A DNA stretch of 64,000 bases from Vicugna vicugna (Eukaryota), in contig MU058384.1 in the NCBI GenBank assembly GCA_013265495.1, forward strand, positions 5,142,792 through 5,206,791, read 5' to 3'. Below are positions 51,350-62,792 of this stretch, in pieces. The notes under the pieces are model-generated. The model did no database searches. It saw only the letters and a program-made list of their open reading frames with translations, and was not told the origin of the DNA. The position numbers and the translations under genes are program-made. Within the stretch, counting starts at the first letter, position 1, and the number at the start of each line of letters is the position of its first letter.

Positions 51350-51772
51350 AACAAACGAATAAATAAACAAAATGTAGTGTATACATATAATGAAATATTA
51401 TTCAACCTTAAAAATGATTGACATTCTGATCATTGCTACTGTATGGATGAACCTTGAAAACTTCATGTAAAGTGAAATCAGCCAGACGTACAAGGGCCAA
51501 TAGTGTGTGATTCCACTTATATGACGGGCCTAGAATAATCCAATTTATAGAGACAGAAAGTACATCAGTGGTTACTAGGGAATGGGGAGGAGGAAATGGA
51601 GAATTGTTGTTTAATGTGTACAGAATTTTCAGTTTGGGATGAGGAAAAAGTTCTGGAGGTGGATGTTGATTGCACAACAGTGTGAATGTACTTAATACCA
51701 CTGCACTGTACACTGAAAAGTGGTTAAAATGGTAAATGTTATATTATGCATATATTTTACCACAATAAAAAG
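51350..51772 (+). mobile_element. L1MB-like 3' end
   Basis: 'atggatgaaccttgaaaac...agagacagaaagta...tgtgaatgtacttaataccactg...aaaatggtaaatgttatatt...ttttaccacaataaaa'. Confidence 0.88.
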
Positions 51773-52999
51773 AGAGTGAAGGATAGATAGCCAAAGTCAG
51801 TCAGTGTCAAGAGAGGGCTGATAGAAGGTCTCGGTCATTGGAAGGAGAAGGAAGCCCCCTGGGCCCCAGATGCAGGGGACCAGAAACCTCCACCCAAGCC
51901 CAGCTCTTCTGTGAACTCCAAGCAAGTCACCAAACCTTCCTGAACTTCTTTTTCTCATTTGTGATTGGAAACCATGACCCCACATCCTACGTCACAGTAA
52001 CGGGTTGTCTGTGAAAGTATTCTGTAAACTTATAAAACCCTACACAAAGGCGCTGCTACCTGAGGGAATGGAAAAGACTGTTGGAAACCCTATCTCAGTG
52101 ACCTGGAGGTGAGTGGAGACCACCTCTTCCTTAGGCTGGTATTCTGGAGGCGGTTCTCCCAGAGAGATGAAAGGGGTTAGAACACAAACAAGAGCAGGAC
52201 AGGAGACAATCATTCACAGACACACTGCAAAATCGAAATGCGCCTGGACCACCCTACGGTGCTGCTTCCCCATTAAGACTTACAGTGTCAGCGGGGCGTG
52301 GACACTTCCCCAGCGTCAGTGAAGCCGCCGCTCTTTCCAGCTGAGTGTCTCTAAAGGGACTGCCAACAACGAAGCTGTTAATTAACATCCATAAAAACCA
52401 GTGAGGGGTGCCTGTTGGATACACCTGACCTATGTCTGGTATAGGGGTTGGACAAATACAAGAATGATTGATTCCAGGCAAAATTCCAAAGATTGGGCTT
52501 TAGAAACCAATGGCCTGTTTCTGTGCTAAATGCTCATTTGCTAATGTGAGATGCAAAATACAGAATTAAAGCAGGTTTCATTGCAAGGTTCCTCTGGTTC
52601 TGTCATCCGCATAGATTAAAACCTTCAGCGAGGGCCATTTAAATTAGAGTTAAGGTTTGATCAGCTTCAAAGGTTATTGGAAGAAATGCTAGCAGCTTTA
52701 AAACGTTAGGGTTGAATTTTCTGGTCACTCATCAGGGGAGACACTTGGCTTTTTCGCTCTTGGCTTTACATAGGGAGCCCAGTTCCAACCACCTGTTCAG
52801 TAGCGGTTTGGGGCTTCAACTTTAGAGCTCCAGTTTACAGAAACATTGCTCCTCCCAAAACACCTGAGAGCTACCTGGCCCAGATGCCTTCTCCCAGCTG
52901 TGCCCTTGGAGGTCTTCCTCTCAAGATGTCATTTCTTTTTTTGAATTTGAATTTGACTGTATTATATATTGTGTAATGCATGTACATGTATTATTTACA

Positions 53000-53003
<4 letters not shown>

Positions 53004-53037
<34 letters not shown>
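53004..53037. repeat. (TA)n microsatellite (similar runs at ~2153-2170 and ~19083-19110)
   Basis: Direct reading. Confidence 0.9.
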
Positions 53038-53038
<1 letters not shown>

Positions 53039-54553
53039 GTTTTATCTACTACTTCTACCTCATCTATATATTGGTAGTAGAAGAGGTTTTCCCTATGTGT
53101 GTCCAATTTATCATATCAATTAAGGATGGAGCTTGGGCATCCATATTATTAAATTCTGTAGATTTTGCTACTTGGCCATCCCGGCAACTGGGGAACCAGG
53201 ATGGTGCTGCCTTTTTGGAGCTTGGTGTGTCCTCCTTGGGCTGGTGATCCATGGTGGCCAGTCCGTGACCATTTGGACTCACTGCAGCCTTTCAGGAGGA
53301 AAGGGCAGACCCTTCTTATTACTGTAAAACTGGTCTTTTTATGAGACTGAAATTACTGATTTATATTGATTGAGAGTGACTTTATTTCTATGTATCCAGC
53401 AATAGACAGACCAGGACTGGAATTGAAGATTAGGGGGCAGAGGCATGGTAAAGGGGGAAAAGAAAGAGAAAAAGGATCAGAGAAGGAGGAATAAGAATGA
53501 GGACAAAGAAAAGGGAAGAAAGGGAAAGCGGATGGTCCCAGACAGAGGGGAGAGTAAGTAAGGAAAAGAGATGGGGGCGGGGAGAGGGGCTACCGCCTTC
53601 CTCTCTCCTGCTCTCTGGAAGGAATAAACTACCTGCTCTACAGCGGGCAGCTTCCAGCAGCAGCCGCGTCTTGGTCAGTGATTCCATCTGGAGGTGGCAG
53701 CTGGCAGGCGGATGCGCCCTCAGCTGTGTCCTTTCTTGTCCCCTCCCTTCATTTGTCAGACATCCTCACAGTCAAGCTCAGCTCCCGGAGCCCGCCTTGG
53801 TTTAGCTGAGGGACACCCTTTTTCCGTTGGACACATCACCCAGCAGAGCCATCAGTTGCTGTTTTTCACAATTTCCAGATACTGATTTTAAGGCAAGGCT
53901 GCTGTCACCACATTTGTTTTCTTTTTTGAACTGGGGTGGGGTGCGCTGGGGAAAATTTTTAACCAACCCAACTACTGTGTCTCAGGGAACATCAGTGAAA
54001 ATTGCACCTGCAAACATTTGTAATGAAAGGATTTTGACAGTGCTCTTGAGTTCTTGAAGATCTGAAGACGCAGTCCGTCTGACCCACCTGCATTCACATA
54101 ACCTGCCATACACGTTTTGCGCCAACGCACAAAATTAATGTGAGACATCTGAATCGTGAAATTGATGGATTCCAATTAGTTCTCTCTTTAAATAGCTATG
54201 TTTGGTGTGTGGTGCTATTTAGAAACTTCTCGCATCCCCATGCTATTTATAAACTGCTTTTATAAAGCATGGGCTTTAAAGGCTGAAAGAGACCTTAGAA
54301 ATGCTGTAATGAAAAGAGCACTTTCCAGCTCCAGCTCTGAAACCCAATTGTTTGTGACCTTGAATAAACCACTGATCTTCTCTGTGTCTGATTTTCCTCC
54401 TCCGTGAAATAAACTGCTTGAACTGACTGTGAGGTTACTTCAGTTCCCACACTCCTTTGTGTATTGCTTCACGGTTGTTTCTCGCTGTGAAACGGAGGCT
54501 GGGGTGTTCAGTGTCCTAGCCAGGGCTGCCCCCTAGTTAGGAACAGGCCACCC

Positions 54554-55210
54554 TGATACAGGAAAAACATACGTGGGGTGAGAGGAGGGCTGTGTCCCAG
54601 GTCTCGGTTGAACCCCTGGGACATGCCCTGGCAAGTGTGGGTCCTTGGCTTCCCACAGGAAAGAATTCAAGAGTGAGCCACAGTTGAGAAAAGATAGATT
54701 TATTTAGGGAGATGCATACTGCATAGAGTGTAGGCTGTTTCAGAAGGCAAGAGAAAGGCCACGAGGTGTGAGGGGTGGGTGCTCAGGTTAAGGTAAAAGT
54801 AGACACACACTCCACAGACAGAGTGCAGGCCGTCTCCGAAGATGAGGGAGCAAGAGAGGTGGCCATGAGTCACAGTGTTGCCAGTTTTTATGGGGTTGTT
54901 AGCTTTACATGCCTACAAGTGGGAGGACCATTCCAACTACCCTGGGGAAGGGGCTGGGATTCCCAGGAATTCAGCCACTGCCCACTCTTTGACCATTTTT
55001 GGTCAGCCTTGAAGCTGTCATGGCACCTGTGGGCATGTTGTTTATCATATTAATATATTCCAATAAGCATATAACGAAGCTACTAGAAGTCAAATCTCCT
55101 GCCATCTTGAGCTTCAAGGTCTACTGGGAGTTGAATCTTCCACCATTTTGGTGTTAATTGCTGTGTCATTCCTTGAATGGCTGCTTCCTGCCCCCTTCCC
55201 TCCTGACTCC
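54554..55210 (-). mobile_element. Solo LTR, same family as 44120-44745, opposite orientation
   Basis: Starts tgatacaggaaaa (reverse complement of ttttcctgtatca); shares 'ggtgttaattgctgtgt' and 'agaagtcaaatctc' blocks with the 44 kb copy. Confidence 0.85.
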
Positions 55211-55370
55211 CCGGACATATCAGATACTGAACTCATTACTCGTGCCTGCCCAGCCCCGCTGCTCCCCCTTCTGTACCCGTCATCACTGGCATCTGCCCAG
55301 TGGCCCAAGCCAGGCATATGGAGGTCATCTCTCATCCCTTCCTCTTCTCGACCACATATCAGTTGGCCTC

Positions 55371-56247
55371 TGCATTAGTTTTCCAAGCCTGCCCTGACAA
55401 AGTACCACAGATGAGGTGGCTTAACACAACAGAGATTTATTCTCTCCTAGTTCTGGAGTCTAAGAGTCCAAAATCAAGGTGTCAGCAGGGCCATGCTCTC
55501 CCTGAAGGCTCTAGGGGAGAATCTGTTCCATGCCTTTCTCGTGGTTTCTGATCACCTGGCATTCCTTGGCTGGCAGATGTATCACTTCAATGTCTGCCTC
55601 GGTTACCAAGTGGCATCTCCTGTAGGGGAGGGGCAGCTTCCCCTCTTTCCCTTCTTTGTTCTTCTGCTGGCAATTAAAATGACATAAAGCAGATTAATGG
55701 AAGAAAGTCAAATTTATTACACATACAGGGCAATTCACATAAATGCGAAGAATTCCAAAGATAGCCAGGTAAAGTGAAGTATATATACTGGACTAAGGAG
55801 AAAAAGGTACGGGTCTGAGGCTTTAAGAGGAAATACGGTAATTTGCAGGAAATAGAGTTAGTGTTTGGTAAAGGAATGCTTGCTGGGCCCTCCAAAGACA
55901 ATGGGACACAGAGAGGATGTGGATCAAATGGGCTTTGCTGGGTTCCTCTCTGGCCATCTCATCTAATGCTTTACATGGTTATCTGTGGTGATAGCTCCTT
56001 CCCGGGACAGACCTCCTATCTTACTTTCTTCTAGGCAGTGAGGGGGAAGTTCAAAGGTTCTTCCTGAGTCTTTTGGGTCTCTATTGTTTTCAGCTTGAAA
56101 TAATCTGCAGGCCAGTGTTGCACATCTTGGGGCGGCCTGCCCTGAGCCCCATCAGTCCCCTGGGTTTCTGGGTCTTTTCTCCTCTTCTCAGAAGGACACC
56201 AGCCAAATTGGATTAAGGACCTGCCCTGACTTACTATGACCTTATCC
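55371..56247 (-). mobile_element. MLT1 (MaLR) LTR split by a nested ERV1 LTR
   Basis: 'acaaagtaccacagatgaggtggcttaacacaacagagatttattctctc...aagtccaaaatcaaggtgtcagcagggccatgctc' (55371-55620), resuming at 56155 with 'aaggacaccagcc...ttggattaagg'. Confidence 0.8.
55621..56154 (-). mobile_element. Solo LTR, ERV1-class (MER34-like), nested in MLT1
   Basis: TG (tgtaggggag) ... CA (gccccatca) termini; near-TSD ctcc/gtcc; tttatt (minus-strand AATAAA) ~55713. Confidence 0.78.
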
Positions 56248-57372
56248 ACTACTTGGATGTCTCCCTTTCTCCTTCCACGAACCTGACCTGCTTCTGGGGG
56301 ATGGATGGGGCAATGGGGTGAGGGTCAAGGATCACTTTGGCCAGCCCTTTACAAGGCTGAAGGGAGTTGGGGCAGCCCTTTGGCACTGTATGTACAACGT
56401 GCGGCTTTGTTGAGACTACTGGCTCCAGCTTTGGAACTTTAGCCAGGATCTCAAGGCTAAGCAAGAAGACTCCGGCAACTTTTTGCTCCATATATGGTTT
56501 TAGACGTACAAAAATTTAAACATTAATAGCTCACCTTTGGGAATCCCCCTTTTACTAGGCTGTAGAAAGCAAAGGTATCAAAACGTGAAAGATTTTTCCT
56601 TTCAAAGGAAAAGTACTAATTTTTCAGTTATTTCCTGAATGCATGTCCTATGCATACCTTTGGAGCAAGGCCTATTGTCTTTCTTTTTTCTTTTTTGAAG
56701 TTCCACAAGACCTTGTATAGGTATTCGCAGATAGGAGGTGCTCAAGGGAGAAAGGAAGGAGGGAAAGAAGAAACGAAGGAAGGGAGGGACTGACTAACCA
56801 ATGACAATGGGACCCTGAGGACTGTACAGAAGTGAGCTGGGCTGTCTCATTCTCAAGACTCCTTAACTTCACATAAAAGAGTTCATTGTTATTTAAATTT
56901 ATCTTGCAAAGATTCTATTGCAAGTTGGATTCTTAGCTCAATAGGGAGGTACTAATCTGATCACAGTCTGCAAGGTCTCAGAGATTTTTTTCTCCTCAGA
57001 GTGGCACAGAGAGCTCTTTGAAGTTTTTTCATTAAGTTACGTATCCCAGGGCTATCTGTATCCAGAAATCTACTGTGCTTCAAGAGTTGGGCGAGTGCTT
57101 GATTTGCAAATTTAAACAATGGATATAATTTGCCACCTATTATTCTAACAGATTTAAAAAAGGACAATATCCAATGAGGAAGGAATCAAGCACTATGGTG
57201 TACTGCTGCTAAGGGTTAATTGGAACAAAATTTTTAGAGTGTAATCTTTGTTCACATATGTGCATAAATTTGAACCAGCAACAACACCTTTAGGAGTTTA
57301 TTTCAGAAAACATCTTAAATATGCACAATGGTTTAGCTACATGCTGCTTACTATAGCCTTATTTAGAGAATT

Positions 57373-57528
57373 GGGGAGGGGGAAAGGTATGGTTCAGGGG
57401 TAGAGTGCATGCTTAGCATGCATGAGGTCCTGGGTTCAATCCCCAGTACCTCCATTAAAAATAAAAATAAAAAATAAATTGATAAAATAAGCGAAGGTTT
57501 AAAAAAATGACTAAACAAAAAACAAAAA
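57373..57528 (+). mobile_element. tRNA-derived SINE (vic-1-like)
   Basis: 'ggtagagtgcatgcttagcatgcatgaggtcctgggttcaatccccagtacctcc' plus A-rich tail. Confidence 0.9.
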
Positions 57529-57593
57529 GAATGAAAACCTGGACATAAACAATTTGTCTTACAAAAGAAATACTCTTGAAAATTTATGGTTCA

Positions 57594-58035
57594 TGTTGTG
57601 GGACATATGGGGAGGCAGGTTGATGAGCCAGTGACATGCAGATTGGTAAAAGATTTTTACCAGAGGTAGAGCATGGAAATAGAAAAGAGTTTATTAGGGT
57701 ACACAGTCACAGACAAAAGCAGACCACATAGACAAGAGGAGCCTGTGTGTGTGCCAAGGGCCAATTGCTGGGTTGTTTTATAAGGTTGGGTCACAAAGTG
57801 CCTGATTGGTTGTGGGTGAGGTAAGGGGTTTAGGGTCTGTGAAAGGTGGTGGGGTTTAACTCTGGTCAAGATGGGCTGGAACAAGCCAGACTGAGCATTA
57901 CTAGGGCTATTAGTTTGTTAGGGGAAACATACCCAGTAAAAAATGTGCTTAATCTATTGAGGAATAACAGGCAGACATCTGAGAGCCCAGAAAGGGGGAG
58001 TCACTGGACTTCGAAGGACATCAGTTGGCCCAACA
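57594..58035 (-). mobile_element. Solo LTR with 5-bp TSD
   Basis: TGTTG...CAACA termini; perfect TSD GTTCA (57589-57593, 58036-58040); minus-strand CCAAT (~57804), TATAAAA (~57776-57782) and AATAAA (~57689-57694) in U3-R order. Confidence 0.85.
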
Positions 58036-58315
58036 GTTCATCCATCAGTAAAATGCAACTCAACCATTAAGATGGATGTTGGCATCACTACCCCTCCAAC
58101 TGTACTCTGTAGGGCCCAGGGGTCTCATGCAATGATCTTGGGAAGGCTGAGGGTGGGGGGCTCCAAGCCTCTCACACCCCTCTCCAACGAGAATAGCAAA
58201 ATGGGGGGAATACTAGATGTGAGAGCTACTGCCAGCACAAACCAGGAATTTTAATACAGTGAAACATGCTTCCGGTATATGAAAAAGGAAAAAGGCAGCA
58301 GAGCAGGGTAAACAC

Positions 58316-58762
58316 CATTAAAGAGAAAACCACAGGCCCCAAGTGGGGCCACTTGTGCTGAAGCCCATGATCTCAAACTCTCACTGCAGATTCCATCTTC
58401 CCGAGAAATATAGTCTTAATCAACCGGTCTAGAATGCTCTGGTCATTCTAGAGGTGATCTGTCACGCAGGCCCTCTCCACCCACCCCATCTCCCACTCCC
58501 CAACGAAGAAGAGCCAAGGGGCGGGGTAAAACCCTTGCTGTTCCCTTCTCCCACCCCAAGACGTCCTGACCTAAAAATAATCCTTTCCTTTCTTTTGCTA
58601 ATAGCTCCCTCGCCCCACCCTTCTTCCTATAAAAACGTCCCATTTTGTACAGCCCCTCCGAAAGCCCTTCTGATTGCTTGATGGGCTGCTGCCCCACTCG
58701 TGAAGTGCTGAATAGAGCCAATTTGATTTTCAAATTTACCCGGTTACATTTTGTTTTTAACA
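58316..58762 (+). mobile_element. Solo LTR, ERV1-like
   Basis: Ends ...ttgtttttaaca; TATAAAA ~58628; degenerate poly(A) signal 'aatagagcc'; near-TSD acac/gcac. Confidence 0.7.
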
Positions 58763-59414
58763 GCACCCTGAGTCTGCTTTTTTGCTGGCTCATGGTTTTG
58801 GGTTTTCCTTCCCAATTTTCCCTCCCAGAAGCTTTTCTGTCTCAGGGGAGACAGGGCATATACAAAGCATAACAGAAGGGAGTCCCTCAAATGGAACTCA
58901 AAGAGGAGATGAGAGAGAGACAGGCTTGCAAGTACACTAACGAGCAAGAGTTGTGCTAAGAAGTAATCACACTGGCAGAGGGAAAGCCTGTTTTTATTGT
59001 CCTTTTTTGTTTGTTTTTGGAACTGTTGCCCTTGCCTTCCATCAAAATTAGTCGGACTCTATGTCTCTCATTCCCCTGGAACCCACAGGATTAAAATCGG
59101 CTACAGAATCCAAGTGGTGTGCTTGTGGGAAGGTCTGTGGTGGGGGAGGGCGCAGGGCTAGTGGAGACAATGCCTTTATAGTTTTTTGTCAATGCTGGCG
59201 CTGGAAATTTCAATCTAGGTACAATGACGGGTGCACTGAAGATTTATCTGGAGGGTAATGTGCTCTTCATGTGCGGCTATGCTCTCTACTCAGAACCTGC
59301 TCTGCCGATTCAGATGTCTGTCTCCTTGGGACTTCATGCAGATAGGTGCTGCTCCTTCTTAATGCTGACAAACTTCCAGACTTAAAATCCATGATCAGGG
59401 CTTATTTTGCATAG

Positions 59415-59590
59415 TATATAATATACCCCTTTCAAGTGATTTTTTAAGTAAATTTTCCTAGTTGGGCAAGCATCACTATAAATCTGTTTTAGAATATTTT
59501 CATCCCTCTAACGTGCATATTTACTGCTAATCTCCCTTTCCCCTCCCTCGCTGCTGCCACCAGCAACCAGGAATCTACTTTTTGTCTTTA
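59415..59590 (-). mobile_element. L1M 3'-region fragment
   Basis: 'gttttagaatattttcatccc...cagcaaccaggaatctactttttgtcttta'. Confidence 0.65.
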
Positions 59591-60684
59591 GAGAAGGAGG
59601 ACGAAAGCAAGTAAGGTAAGGAGGATGGATCTGGAAAGAAAGAAGGAAACTTGGTTCCCGATAGCATCACTGAGCAGCAGCTCAAGCTTCGGCTGCCTAC
59701 TTCCAGATTTCTCATTACACAAGAACAATAAATCTTATTTGTTTATATCTCTGTGCACGAATTTTTCTATTTGTTACTTGCTGTCAAATGCATTCCTAGC
59801 TGATATAATAAGCTTGTCAGATTCTTGGATGTTTGGATATTAAGATGAAGGGTAAATACATTTGCTGGCAATTTAAAATTTAAAGGTACATTCATTTATT
59901 TATTCCCTCCACGAAGTATTTATGAAATATTTACCAGGTATTAGATCTAGTGCTAGGTGGTGGGCTGAAATGCTCTCAAAAAGATAAAACTCCACAGGGA
60001 GTAACAGATAAAATATGCCAGATTTAGGTTCAGCACAATCAAGTGCGCAAAACAGGACTGAAGTGACTTTGCTCAGTTGAGTATCTAATAAAGGGTCTCA
60101 GCCATGAGTGCAGCCTGGACCCAAGCTGAGGACCACCACAGGCTCTCCTCTGTGAACCAAGGCAGGAAGGTATTACCTCCTGTTCAATGCTCTGATTTTT
60201 AGGGCAGTTCTAGGGCAACGTGCTTACGGTGCTGGTCCCTCAGTTTTAGAAAGACATTGGCAAAGTAAACAATCTGGAATGATTGTGGTGATCCAGCCTT
60301 GGTGAAAAGAATGGGTGTTGGAAGGTGTGGGAGTGAGATCCAGTGCCTGCCTCTGGGTGTGCAGAGACCTCTGGATGGTCCACCTGGCACAGCAGTGAGC
60401 TCATGCCATTGGACACGACACTGAAATTGGAAAGCTCATGTGGATGTTGCTTAAATTGTCACTGTTGAGAGGGAGATGACTTCTGTTTCTTTCCTACCGA
60501 AACCTCTGTAATGAAAACATATTAAACAATTAACCAATTAGTTCATTCCTTCGTTATTTATGCATTATCTACAATGTGCCACCATGCCTAACCGACTCTC
60601 TGTTCTTATAAATCTAGATGTCTCTGGGGCCTCAACACTTATTCCCTCCCTCAGGCTTTGAGTCAGGATCGCTCTGTATTGTAG

Positions 60685-60692
60685 CTTCTTCT

Positions 60693-60723
<31 letters not shown>

Positions 60724-60809
60724 TTTCCTCTTCTTCTTCCTCTTCTTCTTCCTCTTCTTCTTCCTCTTCTTCTTCCTCTTCCTCCCCTTCTTCTTCTTCT
60801 TCTTCTTCT

Positions 60810-60848
<39 letters not shown>

Positions 60849-60945
60849 TCCTCTTCCTCTTCTTCTTCCTCTCCTTCTCCTTCTTCCTCTTCCTCTTCCC
60901 CTTCCGCTTCCCCTTCCCCTTCTCCCTCTCCTTTTTTTTTTCTTT
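60685..60945. repeat. (CTT/CCT)n polypyrimidine trinucleotide tract (~260 nt)
   Basis: Near-pure C/T on the + strand (single G ~60906). Confidence 0.95.
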
Positions 60946-61169
60946 GTGGGGGACTTAGTGGGGGCTCACTTTTCTCTCCTTCCTGTATAATGGGCCTCCC
61001 CTCGATTTAATATTCAGAATTATTTTGTTACTACATATTCCTTGATTCAGAGGAGTATTGCAGTCAGATTCCTTTTCTGCTTTTATGCACACATTTGTGA
61101 TCTTGAAAACCCTTTTTTTACTTCTGTGTCTTTTACACATTCAGGGTATCTTTTTATATCTTAGAATCC

Positions 61170-61800
61170 TTTCATCCTGTATCTGATGGCCAGGTGAATC
61201 ATCTTAAAGCACAGTTCTGATCATTTTATTTTCCTTCCCAGAAATCTTCAATGTTTTTCGACTGCTTACAGGAACAAGCTCAAACTCCTTATTTTTGCAT
61301 TTACGAAATCACCTAATCATGTCTCAACTTCCCTTTCCTGCCTTATCTCATGCTATTCTCCTAAAAAGTCTTACTCAGGTTAATTTGATCTTCCTGGTGT
61401 TTATCAAACACATTGCATTTCATTTTTCTTAACAAAAAAAAAATCAACTTTTAACATGTTTTCTGTCTCCATTTTTTTGTTTGCTCCATTTTTTCTCCCC
61501 CCATCATCTTTGAACGTTATCCAAATCCTAGTAATTTTGTGGATGCAACTCAAGAAACCCTTCCTCCATAAAACCCTTTCTGGCCCCTGCCTGGCTCCTG
61601 CCTGAAGTCCTGGATCTCGAGGTGGTTAGGTCCATTCTACTCTGGGACATACTTTATTTTTTGATTGGCCTAGTTATTTACTTTTTATAATTGCTATTTA
61701 TGTTTGTATTGTTTCATGCCAGTTCTCTGCAATGAGAGATCAGGAATGTGTTTTATGCTGTATAAAGCCTTTAATATAGACAATGCCCTGAGTGTAATGG
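61170..61800 (+). mobile_element. L2 LINE remnant
   Basis: 'gaatcatcttaaagcacagttctgatcatttt...aaatcttcaatg...aacaagctcaaactcctt'; boundaries approximate. Confidence 0.6.
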
Positions 61801-62206
61801 ATCTCATCAGATAACACGATTTTTCTTTATGAGGCCGAATTCTAGAGCTGGAGGGAGACTTGGAGATCTGACAAGTTGGTTGGTTGATTAGTGGAGTCTG
61901 AACTAAGAAAACTTTAAACCTTTGAACCTGGCTATATACTCAAAATAACCGATTTTGAGTAAGTGGCATATTATTTTGAATTAGTACATATTATTGAGGC
62001 TGATCTAGAAAGAAAGATGTATAGCATACATGAGCAGTTTGCAAAAGTAAACCTAAAACATGGCTAAAATTAACCTGAGGAGAAATATTTCCACAGTCTG
62101 ATGATGTCTTCAAAGTTTAAAGGCTCAGCTTTTGATTAAGACTAATGCTCCCGATTCTGTATTCAGTGAAACCTCAGACTGGCGACTCATGATTTATACT
62201 TACCAC

Positions 62207-62240
62207 TTGCAGCACCACAGTGTCCCAGCAGGTGGCGCTG
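62207..62240 (+). promoter_or_regulatory. Strong CTCF motif with upstream module
   Basis: Core CCAGCAGGTGGCGC (62225-62238) preceded by TTGCAGCACC, resembling the CTCF upstream (ZF9-11) motif. Confidence 0.72.
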
Positions 62241-62769
62241 CTTATCTGCAGAAATTTTTCATGATCCGTTCAACAGCCTCGCTCTCATTCACACCGCTGC
62301 CTCAAGGGGACTGACCCCGGAGAGCAATTTGAGTACCTTACATTAGTGGAAATAAGAACTGCTTACATTTATTATGTATTCCTTGATAAACAAGGATTTC
62401 AAAAATCATACTGGTTTCTTTGAAGGACTTTTATTTTAGCATTTCTGACCTTGAAAGTCTAGGTTCCTCATTATTATCCCTGAACCGTTTCAGATCTTTC
62501 AGATTTTATAATCAGTTGAGGAGACAGAGGTCTTGAGTAGGTGTCCAGGCCCACCTTTCATTTCTTCAGGCGAGGAACTTACAGCCCAGATACCTGGGCG
62601 AGGTCATTCATAAGGTCAAAGGCAGCGCCTGGAGTCAAATCCAGATGTCTTACTATCCTGTCTCAGCCGTCAGTTTGCATCAGGTGTGCCTGCACTTGTG
62701 CAGTGTAACGTGACAAAAGCCAACATCCCCCTCATTCTGAGAAGCTGCTGGGGTTGTCCCCAAATAGGA

Positions 62770-62792
62770 GTGCGTGTGTGTGTGTGTGTGTG
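62770..62792. repeat. (GT)n microsatellite, followed by purine-rich tract ~62880-62998
   Basis: Direct reading. Confidence 0.85.

Noticed and set aside
50908..51366. 152-aa ORF
   Set aside because: No recognisable homology; overlaps probable LTR/L1-derived sequence.
58428..58452. Perfect 9-bp inverted repeat tctagaatg/cattctaga
   Set aside because: Short, inside an LTR and too small for a miRNA precursor; likely chance.
60618..61010. 130-aa poly-serine ORF
   Set aside because: Produced entirely by the (CTT/CCT)n repeat; no splice or homology support.
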